From Piedraia hortae CBS 480.64 (taxonomy: Eukaryota), in contig MU005965.1 of NCBI GenBank assembly GCA_010093745.1, positions 310,001 to 374,000 on the forward strand: a DNA stretch of 64,000 nt, given 5' to 3'. Shown in pieces: positions 1 to 10,268 of the stretch (the first letter of the stretch is position 1; each line of letters starts with the position of its first letter). Under the pieces are notes generated by a model. It was not told the origin of the DNA and made no database searches. It saw nothing but the letters and a program-made list of their open reading frames with translations. The position numbers and the translations under genes were made by a program.

Positions 1-3000
1 GCGTCGAACTTCTGGAAGCTCCATCCCTTCGGGGCGCAGCATGCGCGCATCCATATTTAGGTCAATTAGTAGACACGAGGCAGAGATTCGTGGATGTAAA
101 GCCAGCAATGGTATATGCACGTAGACCCGACACAGCGGGACCGTTGTAGAAGGCAGGTTCAACGTGGCAATTTCTTTTGAAGTCAACACATCTGTTGCAG
201 GCACGTGGGGGAATGGCAGAGTGCTGGTGCCTGGAGCAGAATTGGACGGATGACCGGGAAAGTGCAAAATTCGAAAGACCAGCATGGCCATCCAGAATTG
301 CTCACTTCGAGTCTTGGCTCGGGCGATGGTAGCTTCGCGAGGCTGCATCGAGACCAGCATCTCCTCCAATACCTGACGGCTAAAGGGTAAGACGCGGTCA
401 TCGGTGATAAGGCTTCGTCCCGTGCGCGCTTCTTCCCGCAACGCCGCTTCAATCTGCCAATGAATGATCATGTCGCCATACCGACGCAGCGGGCTCGTTG
501 CTTTTCCGTAGCGGTTCATGCCCAATACTTGATGGCGAAAAGGTTTGGTGGCTATGCGTGTTGTGCCAAACGTTTCCATGTACTGCATGCCAAGATGCAT
601 GGGATATGTCCCTGTGCCATTGGCTTCCAAGACAGGCTTAATCTCCTGCTCCCAGAAGACGTCGCTCGGGGTACGATCTGGCATGGGTACACTCCCTCGA
701 AACACACCCGGCACCTGCCTTTCTTCGCAGAAAGTGGCGGCTACCTCGCACGCAAGCAACATATGTTCCCGTACCAGAGTGTCTACGGGCGTGTCGGATT
801 CGGCAAACCAATTCCTCAAGCCTGGTGTACGCAACTCTATGATTGGATCACCGTCCACTCTTCGTCCGCCTCTTCGATAGGGATATTCCCACGCCAGGCC
901 AGGTCGGCTCCATCCTTGCCACACTGACACTTCTGGCTTGCCAGAATCGAATATAATTCCTCCAGCCAGCTGTCTCTGCTCCATCCTTTTGACTGCCAGC
1001 TGATGCAGCCAGCGCAACTGCTGCTTTTCTTCGGGCCCTACTTTGTCCACAAAGCTTTCATACGATGGCGGCGGCGGCGGTGTACCCCCTACACGGAGGA
1101 CCAACATTTTTTTCTCAGTCGTGTCATCGCTGATCAGTGGCTTCGTCTCGGCAGGAGTTAGTCTCATGACGTTCCTTACGATTCCTGACCTCACGCGGTA
1201 CTCGAGCATCTTACCGCTAGCATCCAACTGGGCAGAAAATGTCAAGCAGCGTCTGTCGGGTGCGAGACCGAAATGCTTATCAGTGGCCCAGCGTGGAAGC
1301 ATAGTATACGCTCTCTCGGGCGTGTACACCGTCTCCCCCATCAGCCGGGACATTTTACCGAGGGGATGATCAGGGCCAAAGCAAGCGGTGGGGTTGGCCA
1401 CATGGACGTGAACCCACCACTTGTCATCTGCAATCTTTTCAATGGATAGACCGTCATCAATCTCATGGGCCCCAGCCTTGTCGATGCAGTAAACAGGCAA
1501 ATCACCCCAGTCGTGGCGGAGATGAGCCATGGAATCCTCAAATTGCAGGTGCGATTGAGCCATATTCGCCAGAGTGAGACCAAGATCTTGAAGAGGTTTG
1601 CTTTGCAGCGAGTTTGGGAGGACTAGTTGTGTATCAAAGGTCACACGATTCGCATAAGGCATAATCGTGCCCAGCTCTTGCAGAAAGACGATACCTACCC
1701 AACGTTCAAGTGGGTAGTTTTCATACATGCCCGTAGCTTGCAGGATCAAAGGTGGAAGAGCCATGAGGCGCGGCTCGTCTGTAAATTGACCCGATGGACC
1801 CCAGGCCTCCATGAACCGCACCAATTCGCTCTCCTCGTTGTTGAAGACGGGGTTCAGCCGTACTTTGACGCAATCTTGTTTTGAGGTCAAGGGGATTTGA
1901 ATATTGGATGGGCCAACATTGCCGCACAGAGTAACATCTCGCGTCTGACGGCTTTTTTGGATGATTTGTTGACATTTCTTCACGAAATCGTACACGTTCT
2001 GGGCACCGCGAGTTGGGCGATGCGTCTGCTTCTTTGCTGGCGACAAACGAGATACATATGCCCGATCATCCTGCCATTCACGCATCCATGACCTCACCCT
2101 CTCCACCATGCGTACCTGTTCCTTGCTGCGTACTTGTAGCTGTCCCGTGATTCTGTGCGAGCGTCGATCAATGTTGAATGCAACTCCCGCCCTGACCAAC
2201 GCCTGGCGCACGATGAAGAGCTCAACGATAGAGATTTTGTCCTTGGATTTGCCCAGCAACGTTTCAGCAGCCGAGGAAATATCCGTATATTGCAGGTCTG
2301 TGTCGTGACTGAGAATGTCGTGAGCGCTATCCAACGCCTGCGCATTGCGACGATACACCTCTAGCGCTGCCTCGTGGAAGCGTGTCATGCGAGCTACCAG
2401 CGGTGCGGCTACGGCTCTTGGAACGCTGAGATCATGGACATATGCCTCTGCCATGAGAGCCTCGAGGTTCGTCTCTACATCTTCTGGAGACGGAAGATAT
2501 TGAATCAACGGCTCAACCTCTTCCTTCTTTGCCCATCCACGGACACTGAACTGCACTGCCCTCTCTGATATATGAATCCAGCGGCCATACATGCTGTAGA
2601 ACTGGCCGATATTGCCTATCCTCCGCACAAAAACCGCAAGGTAGCTCGGCCGTCCGGAGCTAGCCGAGTCTTCAATCTCCACCAAGTCGCCCTTGAGCAA
2701 AAACCGAGCATTGCTGTCTGGCGTCTCACCGCTTTCGGCATGGACAAATGCTCCCAAGGCATCAGCGTGGTCGAGATGTTCTCTCTTTTGTCTGCGGAGG
2801 AAGGTGGTGCGATCGTGTGGTAACCGCAGAAGTCCGTCGCTTGAGAGGTCATCGTTATCATCGAACTCGTTCAGCAAATCTACAGGCTCGGGCTTTGGCT
2901 TGCCGTTGATTTCTTGCCATTCGCGCAGATGGTCGCGGATTCCCCGAATTTCCTGCCTTGTAGGTCGCGATATGTGGTATGTCCTTCTACTTTGCTTTAT

Positions 3001-3042
3001 AGAAGCTCGCAATCTACACGCCAGACACACATAACGCAGCAT
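1..3042 (-). CDS. cyt-4: Mitochondrial RNase II/RNB-family 3'-5' exoribonuclease (Cyt-4/Dss1); 3' end runs off the window
   Basis: Absent from the ORF track because no stop lies in the window. Manual minus-strand translation from ATG 3042 gives MLRYVCLACRLRASIKQSRRTY (presequence-like), the catalytic motif YCIDKAGAHEIDDGLS at ~1445-1490, HVANP and ATSPLRRYGD. Confidence 0.9.
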   Translation of the reverse strand, partial: MLRYVCLACRLRASIKQSRRTYHISRPTRQEIRGIRDHLREWQEINGKPKPEPVDLLNEFDDNDDLSSDGLLRLPHDRTTFLRRQKREHLDHADALGAFVHAESGETPDSNARFLLKGDLVEIEDSASSGRPSYLAVFVRRIGNIGQFYSMYGRWIHISERAVQFSVRGWAKKEEVEPLIQYLPSPEDVETNLEALMAEAYVHDLSVPRAVAAPLVARMTRFHEAALEVYRRNAQALDSAHDILSHDTDLQYTDISSAAETLLGKSKDKISIVELFIVRQALVRAGVAFNIDRRSHRITGQLQVRSKEQVRMVERVRSWMREWQDDRAYVSRLSPAKKQTHRPTRGAQNVYDFVKKCQQIIQKSRQTRDVTLCGNVGPSNIQIPLTSKQDCVKVRLNPVFNNEESELVRFMEAWGPSGQFTDEPRLMALPPLILQATGMYENYPLERWVGIVFLQELGTIMPYANRVTFDTQLVLPNSLQSKPLQDLGLTLANMAQSHLQFEDSMAHLRHDWGDLPVYCIDKAGAHEIDDGLSIEKIADDKWWVHVHVANPTACFGPDHPLGKMSRLMGETVYTPERAYTMLPRWATDKHFGLAPDRRCLTFSAQLDASGKMLEYRVRSGIVRNVMRLTPAETKPLISDDTTEKKMLVLRVGGTPPPPPSYESFVDKVGPEEKQQLRWLHQLAVKRMEQRQLAGGIIFDSGKPEVSVWQGWSRPGLAWEYPYRRGGRRVDGDPIIELRTPGLRNWFAESDTPVDTLVREHMLLACEVAATFCEERQVPGVFRGSVPMPDRTPSDVFWEQEIKPVLEANGTGTYPMHLGMQYMETFGTTRIATKPFRHQVLGMNRYGKATSPLRRYGDMIIHWQIEAALREEARTGRSLITDDRVLPFSRQVLEEMLVSMQPREATIARAKTRSEQFWMAMLVFRILHFPGHPSNSAPGTSTLPFPHVPATDVLTSKEIATLNLPSTTVPLCRVYVHIPLLALHPRISASCLLIDLNMDARMLRPEGMELPEVRR

Positions 3043-3141
3043 CGTTTGCTGCCTTCGTTCTTGAAGTCGATGTCCAAAAAAGTGTTTAGGGTTAGGATTG
3101 TCACGGCCAAACGTCTGTTTAGGGTTAGAGACGCCACTTTC
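3043..3141. promoter_or_regulatory. 99-bp bidirectional promoter with two TGTTTAGGGTTAG telobox-like motifs
   Basis: Divergent ATGs at 3042 and 3142; 13-bp direct repeat at 3083-3095 and 3116-3128. Confidence 0.6.
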
Positions 3142-3705
3142 ATGTCGACTTCAACCGCCAATGAGCGCATCTCTATCCCCTTTCCCGTACGCCTGCCATT
3201 AACTTCTGCCCTCGCATTTGCATGTGGCTCGGCGTTGGGCGCTTCCCAGGGCGGTCTTGTAGCTGGCTTGCGCTTCCGCGCCGAGAATGCACATCGCTTT
3301 CCCACGGATCAGGTTGGCTGGTATCTGTACCACAAGAGCAAAAACTATCATGCCGTCCTGGGTGCCGCTAAGGAAGGGATCAAAATGGGCGGTAAAATGG
3401 CCATATGGGCAGGCGTCTATGCCTACCTGGAGGAAGGCGTCGATCGTTACAGGGGAGCCGTCATGACTTGGTGGGGTTGGGATGGGAGTAGAACAAGTAA
3501 AGATGCAATTTCAAGTACACTTGCGGGACTGGCTACAGGAGGTGCGTTCGCCGTGTGGGGTAGATTCCCCGCCCCCACAGCGGTGAGAATGGCCACGCTG
3601 GGTGCTAAGGCGGGTCTCGGCTATGGGATTTTACAGGACCTTGTGGGACTTGCAAGAGGAAGGAGTGTAGGAATAGTGGAGTTGGTAAAGGCGTTCTTAC
3701 GATGA
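3142..3705 (+). CDS. Conserved fungal Tim17/22/23-like small membrane protein
   Basis: 187 aa from ATG 3142. Gly/Ala-rich hydrophobic helices and the motif RFRAENAHRFPT..GWYLYHKSKNY. The longer ORF-track start overlaps cyt-4. Confidence 0.75.
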   Translation: MSTSTANERISIPFPVRLPLTSALAFACGSALGASQGGLVAGLRFRAENAHRFPTDQVGWYLYHKSKNYHAVLGAAKEGIKMGGKMAIWAGVYAYLEEGVDRYRGAVMTWWGWDGSRTSKDAISSTLAGLATGGAFAVWGRFPAPTAVRMATLGAKAGLGYGILQDLVGLARGRSVGIVELVKAFLR

Positions 3706-4603
3706 TCGCTGTTTGAAGTTCGACGTTGTAACACTAAGTCAATTGCGACCAAGCCAAGATGTACCACTCTTGAACCGCATCTAGCTTGTACATACTGGCC
3801 CTTGCTGTGCTGTTCGACTCTAGAGCTCCTAGATGTAACAGCTTTTGGCATGGTGTAACAGCCAAGCATGGACGAGCATTCCTTGCGGGTCCCGCTATCC
3901 CTTGTATACTTTATCTCAAATCGGCATCGCGAATGTGCAAAGGGCCCCAGCCAATAAAGACTCAACATCTCGATCAGATTCATGTATTTATCAGGTTAGT
4001 AGCGTTCCGCTCTGTAAGTTCATATTATGCTTGCATGACTGATCGTTGCACGATGCCCCACATCTTGGCATTCTTTCACCTGACACCTGAAACATTGTCC
4101 CGGCTACCCTCGATCCAAAGACCTTGACATAAACCCAGTTCTTGTTGAGCATATGTGCTGAAGTTTCTGCCTACCAGTCCGTATGCACTGCCAAAGATCA
4201 TAATAGTAGGGTGATGCATGATCTGGAGAAGATCAAAAGCAAAAAGGGCAAACACGTATGAAACGTCGGAGTAAGCACTGCAGCCTCTGCCGAGGTAGAT
4301 CATGAGGCGATGCTGGAGTTACTTACCACCCTTTTACGGTCCGAGTTCATCCGCCAAGACTTCGCCACGGAGTAACTTCGCACCTGAAGAAACTCTAACC
4401 CCTGGACTGTCGTACGGTTCAAGTACGCGAATACTGCATGGCTATATGGGACAGATACTTGGAAATTCCATTTCCCTTACAGGATGAAGCTACTCAACCC
4501 GCAAGTTTCAGCCTGACAGTCCCATTGTCCATCCACCAAGCATCCACAAACGTCCTCCCTTCGGCAAACGCAGCTCCGCCCAACTCGCATCGATCTTGAC
4601 ATC

Positions 4604-5332
4604 TTAACGCAAATACTCCCCCTCGGTACCACACCCCTGCCAGCACTGCGGTCCACCCCCCACAAGACAGTCAAAAAGCCACTTCTCGAGTCTCAAACAC
4701 GGCCCAACACAAATCCGCAGATTCTCCAGCGTCATCTTATTTTCCTTCTGGTGCAGCAGGACGCAATGCAAATGATTCGTAATCGCAAACAACAAATAAT
4801 AATTGTACGGCGGCAGGCGTGACAGCATATTCTTCACCGCTAGCGGGACATAAGCACCAAGGTGTCCCGTCCCCTGGACAGGAACTTCTCTATGTCCAAG
4901 CACCTCAGCACAAACCTCAGCCTGCAAGCCTTTCGGCACCAAATCGCCCGGCAATGCCGAGAGCCATTTCTTCAACAAGCTCGCGATCTCATTGGGATCA
5001 TAAAGCGCCGTCTCACCAAAGAGGTCGATATCGATCTCGTGATCGAAGCGCAACTGCCATCTGCGCACCGCCATGAGGCTGCCCGGAATGCGGTAAAGAC
5101 CTTCCGAGGATAGCTTTGTGTTGAGGTATTCGAGACAGCGGTAGGGCAGACTCGCCAGCCAGAATTGGGTTTTGTCAGAACATTTGGTAACGTCCTTGGT
5201 CACGCGCGTGAGGCGAACTTGAGGAGCCAGCGGGAGGGATAGGATGCGCAGGTAAGGCCGGAGAGGGGACTGGGAGTTGTTCGGGAGCTTGTGTGAGGTA
5301 GGGTTGAGGCTTAGAGTGCTGAGGCGAACCAT
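4604..5332 (-). CDS. Small stand-alone RhoGAP domain protein
   Basis: RCLEYL...EGLYRIPGS (arginine finger), IASLLKKWL..LP..L, LP..NY.LL and NKMT.ENL.IC.GP.L motifs. Confidence 0.85.
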   Translation of the reverse strand: MVRLSTLSLNPTSHKLPNNSQSPLRPYLRILSLPLAPQVRLTRVTKDVTKCSDKTQFWLASLPYRCLEYLNTKLSSEGLYRIPGSLMAVRRWQLRFDHEIDIDLFGETALYDPNEIASLLKKWLSALPGDLVPKGLQAEVCAEVLGHREVPVQGTGHLGAYVPLAVKNMLSRLPPYNYYLLFAITNHLHCVLLHQKENKMTLENLRICVGPCLRLEKWLFDCLVGGGPQCWQGCGTEGEYLR

Positions 5333-5680
5333 GGTGTGCTTAGTCGGGTGTTGAGTGTTCGAGGATGGAAAAGGTACGCAAGTGCAGTGGGGGCTCCATT
5401 CCCGCGACGGCTGGATGAAGCGTTACTATGGCAGAGTTGTGTGCTTTTCCCGGATCGGGCCGGTGTATACGACGACGCGTCCCATTTGGTGGTAGAGGAT
5501 ACCTCGCACGGACCACTTGTGAAAATCTTGCTATTGTGTGGCAGCGGATATCCCGCACGGACCACCTGTGAATGAAAAAGTCAAATTGGGCATCCATGCT
5601 TGTAACTGTGTAGTATCGTACATAAAGCTGTCCACGCTTTGCAACCCGCAACCTCGAGTTCTCAAGAACAATCTCTTACC

Positions 5681-6918
5681 ATGTCGTACCGACCAGACGA
5701 AATCTTGCGCACAATCGCCCTACGGCTCGTAGATGATCCCACTTCTTTACGTAACTTTCTTCAAGTGTGCCGACAATGGGTCGGACCCGGCCGGGAAGTG
5801 ATCTGGTGGGGTGTCACCAGCAGCATGCTGGAAGCAGTTCCTGCCCAGCACCGGCAAAGCCATGCAAATTTTGTGCGAACCCTCCATATAATTCCGACAG
5901 ATCACTGAGCTAGGCAGATGGAAGGCTGCCGCTTACCACAGCTCAAATCAGTCAAGGTCATTCCCGAGCTCGAGGAAAACGGGCTTTGACAAACGAGTAT
6001 CCAGAAACACTTCCCACAGTTTCCCGCACAGTTTGCTCAAGTTCGACATGAAACATGTCAGCTCTTTCGACATAGTGGCCTTAGAAGCCTTGCTCGAGCG
6101 GCTAGTTGTCTTGGAAAAGGTGACTCTCCCCGAGCTGCCAAGTTTCGCCGCGGCACAGATCATCATCCCGCTGCTCCAGCAGGAGTGCATGCGGCGCTTA
6201 ATCATCAGCCCGCACATCTGCCTTCACTTCCTAGCCAGCCTCGCTAGGACTCCAAAGTGGTCGCTCTCCGAAGCTGAAGCCGGCAAATTGCATTGCTCCC
6301 TCGGCTATTTAAAACTCACAATAAGCCGTCCCTTCCCGACCCTATTCACTGCCATCGGTGCCCTCCAGACGCTCCGGTACCTTATCTCGAAGCCGAATAC
6401 GAGCCGGACGCACAGGCCAATCTTCTGGATGGCCATTCATGTTCCTGCCTCGGCCAGCTACCCAATCTGACGGAGCTCAACATCCTCAGTAAAGGGTACA
6501 ACTGCTGGGACACTTCCGCGGTCATTGTCGAGGACTGGTGCGCCCTTTTTTGAGACCTGCCAAAGTTGAAGGTCTTCGCGACAGACTTCCCGAGCGTGGT
6601 GGATGCTGGTGTGCTTGTGCTTCTAGGCAGGTACTGTCGACAGTTGCGCTCGGTTCGGATCTTCAACACCATTCTCAACATAAAGATTTTCAAGGCATAA
6701 ATGAGGGCATGTTTTCGAAGATCTGGGGGATTAGCTGCTGCGATATTGCGTTACCGAGAACGGGGCATGAGGATGTGCCACAGGAGGTTGTTAGATTTTT
6801 GCAGGCAATAGCGCCGACGCTGGGACACCTGTCTCTGGCCCGCCGGGGCCCGGTTCAGCAGCAAATTCAGGAGACGATCAAGAGCGGTCGGGGAGAAAGA
6901 AGTTTGGTGGCCGCATAG
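5681..6918 (+). pseudogene. Disrupted F-box/LRR-like gene
   Basis: N-terminus MSYRPDEILRTIALRLVDDPTSLRNFLQVCRQW...VIW resembles an F-box and the 10269-11267 protein. In-frame TGA at 5906; LRR-like pieces (LPNLTELNI, LGYLKLTI) are spread over several frames. Confidence 0.65.
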
Positions 6919-7104
6919 AACTGTCCACAGCCGTTCGTCCAGCATGTAGAACGCCTTATCGCTAGTAAAACCATTTCTGGGGTTATATAACAGTCAGAAT
7001 CATCTGAATATCCTGCTGTCGACGGAAGCACCTCCCCCGCCGCTGAGCGCTGAGAGAATGACGCCTCGTTTGATCATACAACCTGAAACTCTATCATACA
7101 TATC

Positions 7105-7409
7105 TGTCAGAAGGATGTGGCACCTACTATGACCAGAACTGTAGATAGAAGTCGAAGCTTCTCAGGGTTTTTACCTCTACAGAAGAATTATTCCCTGGGA
7201 CGGGTCGTTGTCTCGTTCATGCTTAAGGGCATGGTTCGCTGACGTTGTCCTGGCGAATGCGGTTGACTGAGGTAGTGTAGGGAAGGTTTTGAACCTCACC
7301 TCATATAGAAAGAGACATCTACATTTCACTTTTTGAGTCAAAGTTGAGTGAAAGCTTTTGTCGTCGATATCCGCTCCCCTTTAGTCCTCGGAGGTTCACC
7401 CCTCCGACA
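7105..7409. mobile_element. Solo LTR, family A (copy 1; inverted relative to copies 2 and 3)
   Basis: 305 bp, TGTCAG...CCGACA; reverse complement matches 18556-18860 and 54274-54578. Flanks ATATC/GAATT differ, so no TSD. Confidence 0.85.
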
Positions 7410-7562
7410 GAATTTGATTCACCGACGCACCCTGCTAGCTATTCATATCTACGCTTGCTACCACGCATCATATGGGCGATGCTTCTGGATTGGTTTATAG
7501 TATCCCAGCTTCCCAGTAGAGAGTAGTTTGGATAGTCCCCGTTGTTGGGACTTATTGAACCT
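7410..7562. mobile_element. Truncated LTR, family B
   Basis: Matches 19588-19740 (GAATTTGAT.CACCGACGCACCCTGCTAG...GTTGTTGGGACTTATTGAACCTT); both termini are missing. Confidence 0.75.
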
Positions 7563-8300
7563 TTTCCTCTAAGTACTGTAATAGGAGGTCGGCTTCATAC
7601 TCGTCAAGTATGTCCTGTAAGGCCAAATTTAGTCGGTGGCTAGCGCAGCCGTTAAAGGGATGACAAATTCGGTTGGCTATAGCTTGGTTAGTCCGGAAGT
7701 TGTCGCCGATGGCGAAGATAATGGCACTCCAAGACTTGGTGTAGTCATCTAGCATCTTTTGCAGCAGATCAATATGATTGTCCGTGTCAGATTTGTCTGA
7801 TCTTCGAAAGTCGTGAAGGTCAGCATGGGTAGCTTTCAGGCACCCGACTTGGCATCATAAACCACGAAGACTGCCAGGTAGTGTATACGCCTTTCTGTCC
7901 ATCCATCGAACACGATGCCAAAATGTTTGGGAAGGCGGCTGTTGACCTGTTGGACTACCTCTGCATGGACAGCCATCAGGTATTTGGTTAATTACGTGCG
8001 AGATGTGGGGTCCTGCCCGCCGCAACAAGGGATATTCCACGACGCTAAGGGGCTCACATCTCATGACAATAAGACGACGCTAGGCATACATGTTTCGGGC
8101 CTTGCCACTCGTTTTGAGCATACTTGATGGAAGTGGATTTCCAGCATAATGGGCGGCTATGTATGTCTCGAAGTCAGGATGCGCTTCGTAAATGTGTTTG
8201 ACCAGATTTGGATTCCCACGCTGGTTCTGTTGATATTGATTGCCGCACAAACACTAGTACCATGTTTTTCCGGTGAGGTGAGATTTATCCTGGAGATATG
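7563..8300 (-). mobile_element. Degenerate hAT-type DDE transposase with BED finger
   Basis: Minus-strand fragments CLCGNQYQQNQRGNPNLVKHIYEAHPDF (BED-like), LPKHFGIVFDGWTE..HYLAVF and GDNFRTNQAIA...GCASHRLNLALQD (CxxH); several stops and frameshifts. Confidence 0.75.
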
Positions 8301-8989
8301 TGAAAAAGGATCGGGAGATGCGGATATTTATCACGTGCGGATTCAGTTGAGGGCATGGAGTGGTACGAAGAAGCCTGGGCATAAGCAGCGGGGTTTTCGG
8401 ACGATGGGAGGAACGACCTTGCGCACTGGCTCGAGTGGGTTGCGTTAAATTCGGCGGCTGAGGTGCTACTTACCTGATAGTAGCTGGGTGGGCCTGTGTG
8501 TAAGGTGGAAGCAACGGTACAAAACTACCACATTTTGCCTAGAAGGGTATGCGTTTTCGAAGGATGCGGAGCTCGAGATAGGGGTGTTTGGGTACAACAT
8601 GGTGATGATATGATCTTACTGATCGTTGTTATGGGAGGTTGGACTGAAGGTGGTGTTGTCGTCTATAGGGACTCTGTAGTGGCCCCACCCACTTGGAAGC
8701 CCGCATCCCGTGAGGCGGCTTCTGATTGGTTACTATTGTTACGCTAAAAGTAGTATTTATTGCACTATCACTCATAGCGCGATTGATAAGACTCGATATT
8801 GTCTAGCGGATCTTGGCCCGTATCTATCAGTATTTATCAGTGATAAAAGTGATACTGATACATTTCTACGCAGGCCTTGGTGTAGCCTCTGCCGACAGTG
8901 GTTGCCCACGATCGATCTCAAACCGAATGTGCGTCCTAGGTGTCTCGCGCTGAGCACTCTCCCTCTCTCCCAGCACTGGGTAAACCAGA

Positions 8990-9617
8990 CCCATTAATCT
9001 CGGCGTGGCTGCGTGAAGTAATCGATCAGGTTATAGCCACCGGGTATGGGGGTGTTGCACGTTGCTCGCAACGTGCTCTAATTGGTTCACGACATTCGCC
9101 TCCGCAGAGGGATGGACTCGTCTCAGGGTTATTCCAGTGCCGATGCTGCCAGCCAGCTAGGGAACTGACGCCTTGACGCGAAAAGCGGGCGATATACGGA
9201 CTGTCCAGCCGTTAAAACGCCATGCTGGCCCTTGACAATTCGTGGTGACCCTGGCCAAGCAAGCTGAAAGCGCTGTCAAAGTTTGCTTGGTCTTGTACCA
9301 CAAAATAGACTGAGGATGTTGAGTCGGCACTGAAGCTTTCGCTCCCTGGGCAGCGACCAAAGACCATCGTTCACGAGCTTGTCGAGCTGCCAGTGGAAGT
9401 GCCTCGTTGTGTTTCCAGACAAAGAACCGTGTTTCTCTGTCAAGTTCTTCAATCCTGCCATCAAGGCTTGGAAAAGCCAGCAGGCTTTGCGATTCCCATA
9501 GGGGTCTACTCTGCGGACATGTGGTTTCCAACTCAGAGCAATTGCTTGAAGCATCACCTCGCATACCCCGACGAAGTTAGCCAACGAAGAGGCCCACTTG
9601 TACGCTGTGCCGGCCAC
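8990..9617 (-). pseudogene. Possible tyrosine-recombinase (DUF3435/captain-like) relic
   Basis: Fragment LTEKHG...RERKLQCRLNILSLFCGTRPSKL resembles the R..Q.aL.l...TG.RP..L first catalytic-Arg motif; it is followed by a stop or frameshift. Confidence 0.3.
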
Positions 9618-10268
9618 AAACCTGCAAGCAAAGAGGCCTCAACGGGTGAGTCGGCCGGGCTGCTGCCGCCCTGTACCACGAGAGGCGTCCCTAGACCCCA
9701 GTTAGATATCTCCGTTCGGTAGCAGGTGCAGCGTGTAGGCAGTGGGGCTAATGCTACATCGTTAGCGTAGTTCTTGTCTTTGACTTCCACCGAGCATTCC
9801 GTCCCCGTTTCACGTGGGGGATTTGGAGAAATGAGAAGTGAATTTGCTTGTAGAAAAAAATTATTTTGGCGGGGTGTTGGCCTCAGGCGTGAGGTGACGA
9901 CATGTTGTGAAGGAAATCTGTTTGTTCGCTGTGAGCGGACCAGATGGGGTAATTTCACTTTGTGGGGTGGGGGTGCAGCCATAATCTCCGACAGTCTTCC
10001 GACAATTTCACATTCGACAAATGCATGCGAGAAAAGGGCTCTATCAAAACGTTTAGTGAAAAAAAAAACCCATCATCCGAAACAGGCGCCACGAGATGAA
10101 TTCTCTCCCGAACAACTCACCACCGCATTACACCTGGAAATACTCTCCCTTCCTGCATCCAAACTTATACACCCCTCCCAACCCAAACTCTAAAACCTCA
10201 CTAATGCGGAATCAAACCATCCCTAACTCCCTCCTCCCATTTAGCTTCAATACAGAATACCTCCTCAT

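Noticed and set aside
183..3034. Many short ORFs in the first 3 kb
   Set aside because: Antisense or out-of-frame shadows of the long cyt-4 frame.
3083..3128. TTAGGG as a telomere or interstitial telomeric array
   Set aside because: Only one to two units per site inside a promoter; treated as a regulatory motif.
8737..8862. TG...CA-bounded AT-rich segment as a small LTR
   Set aside because: No TSD and no second copy in the window.
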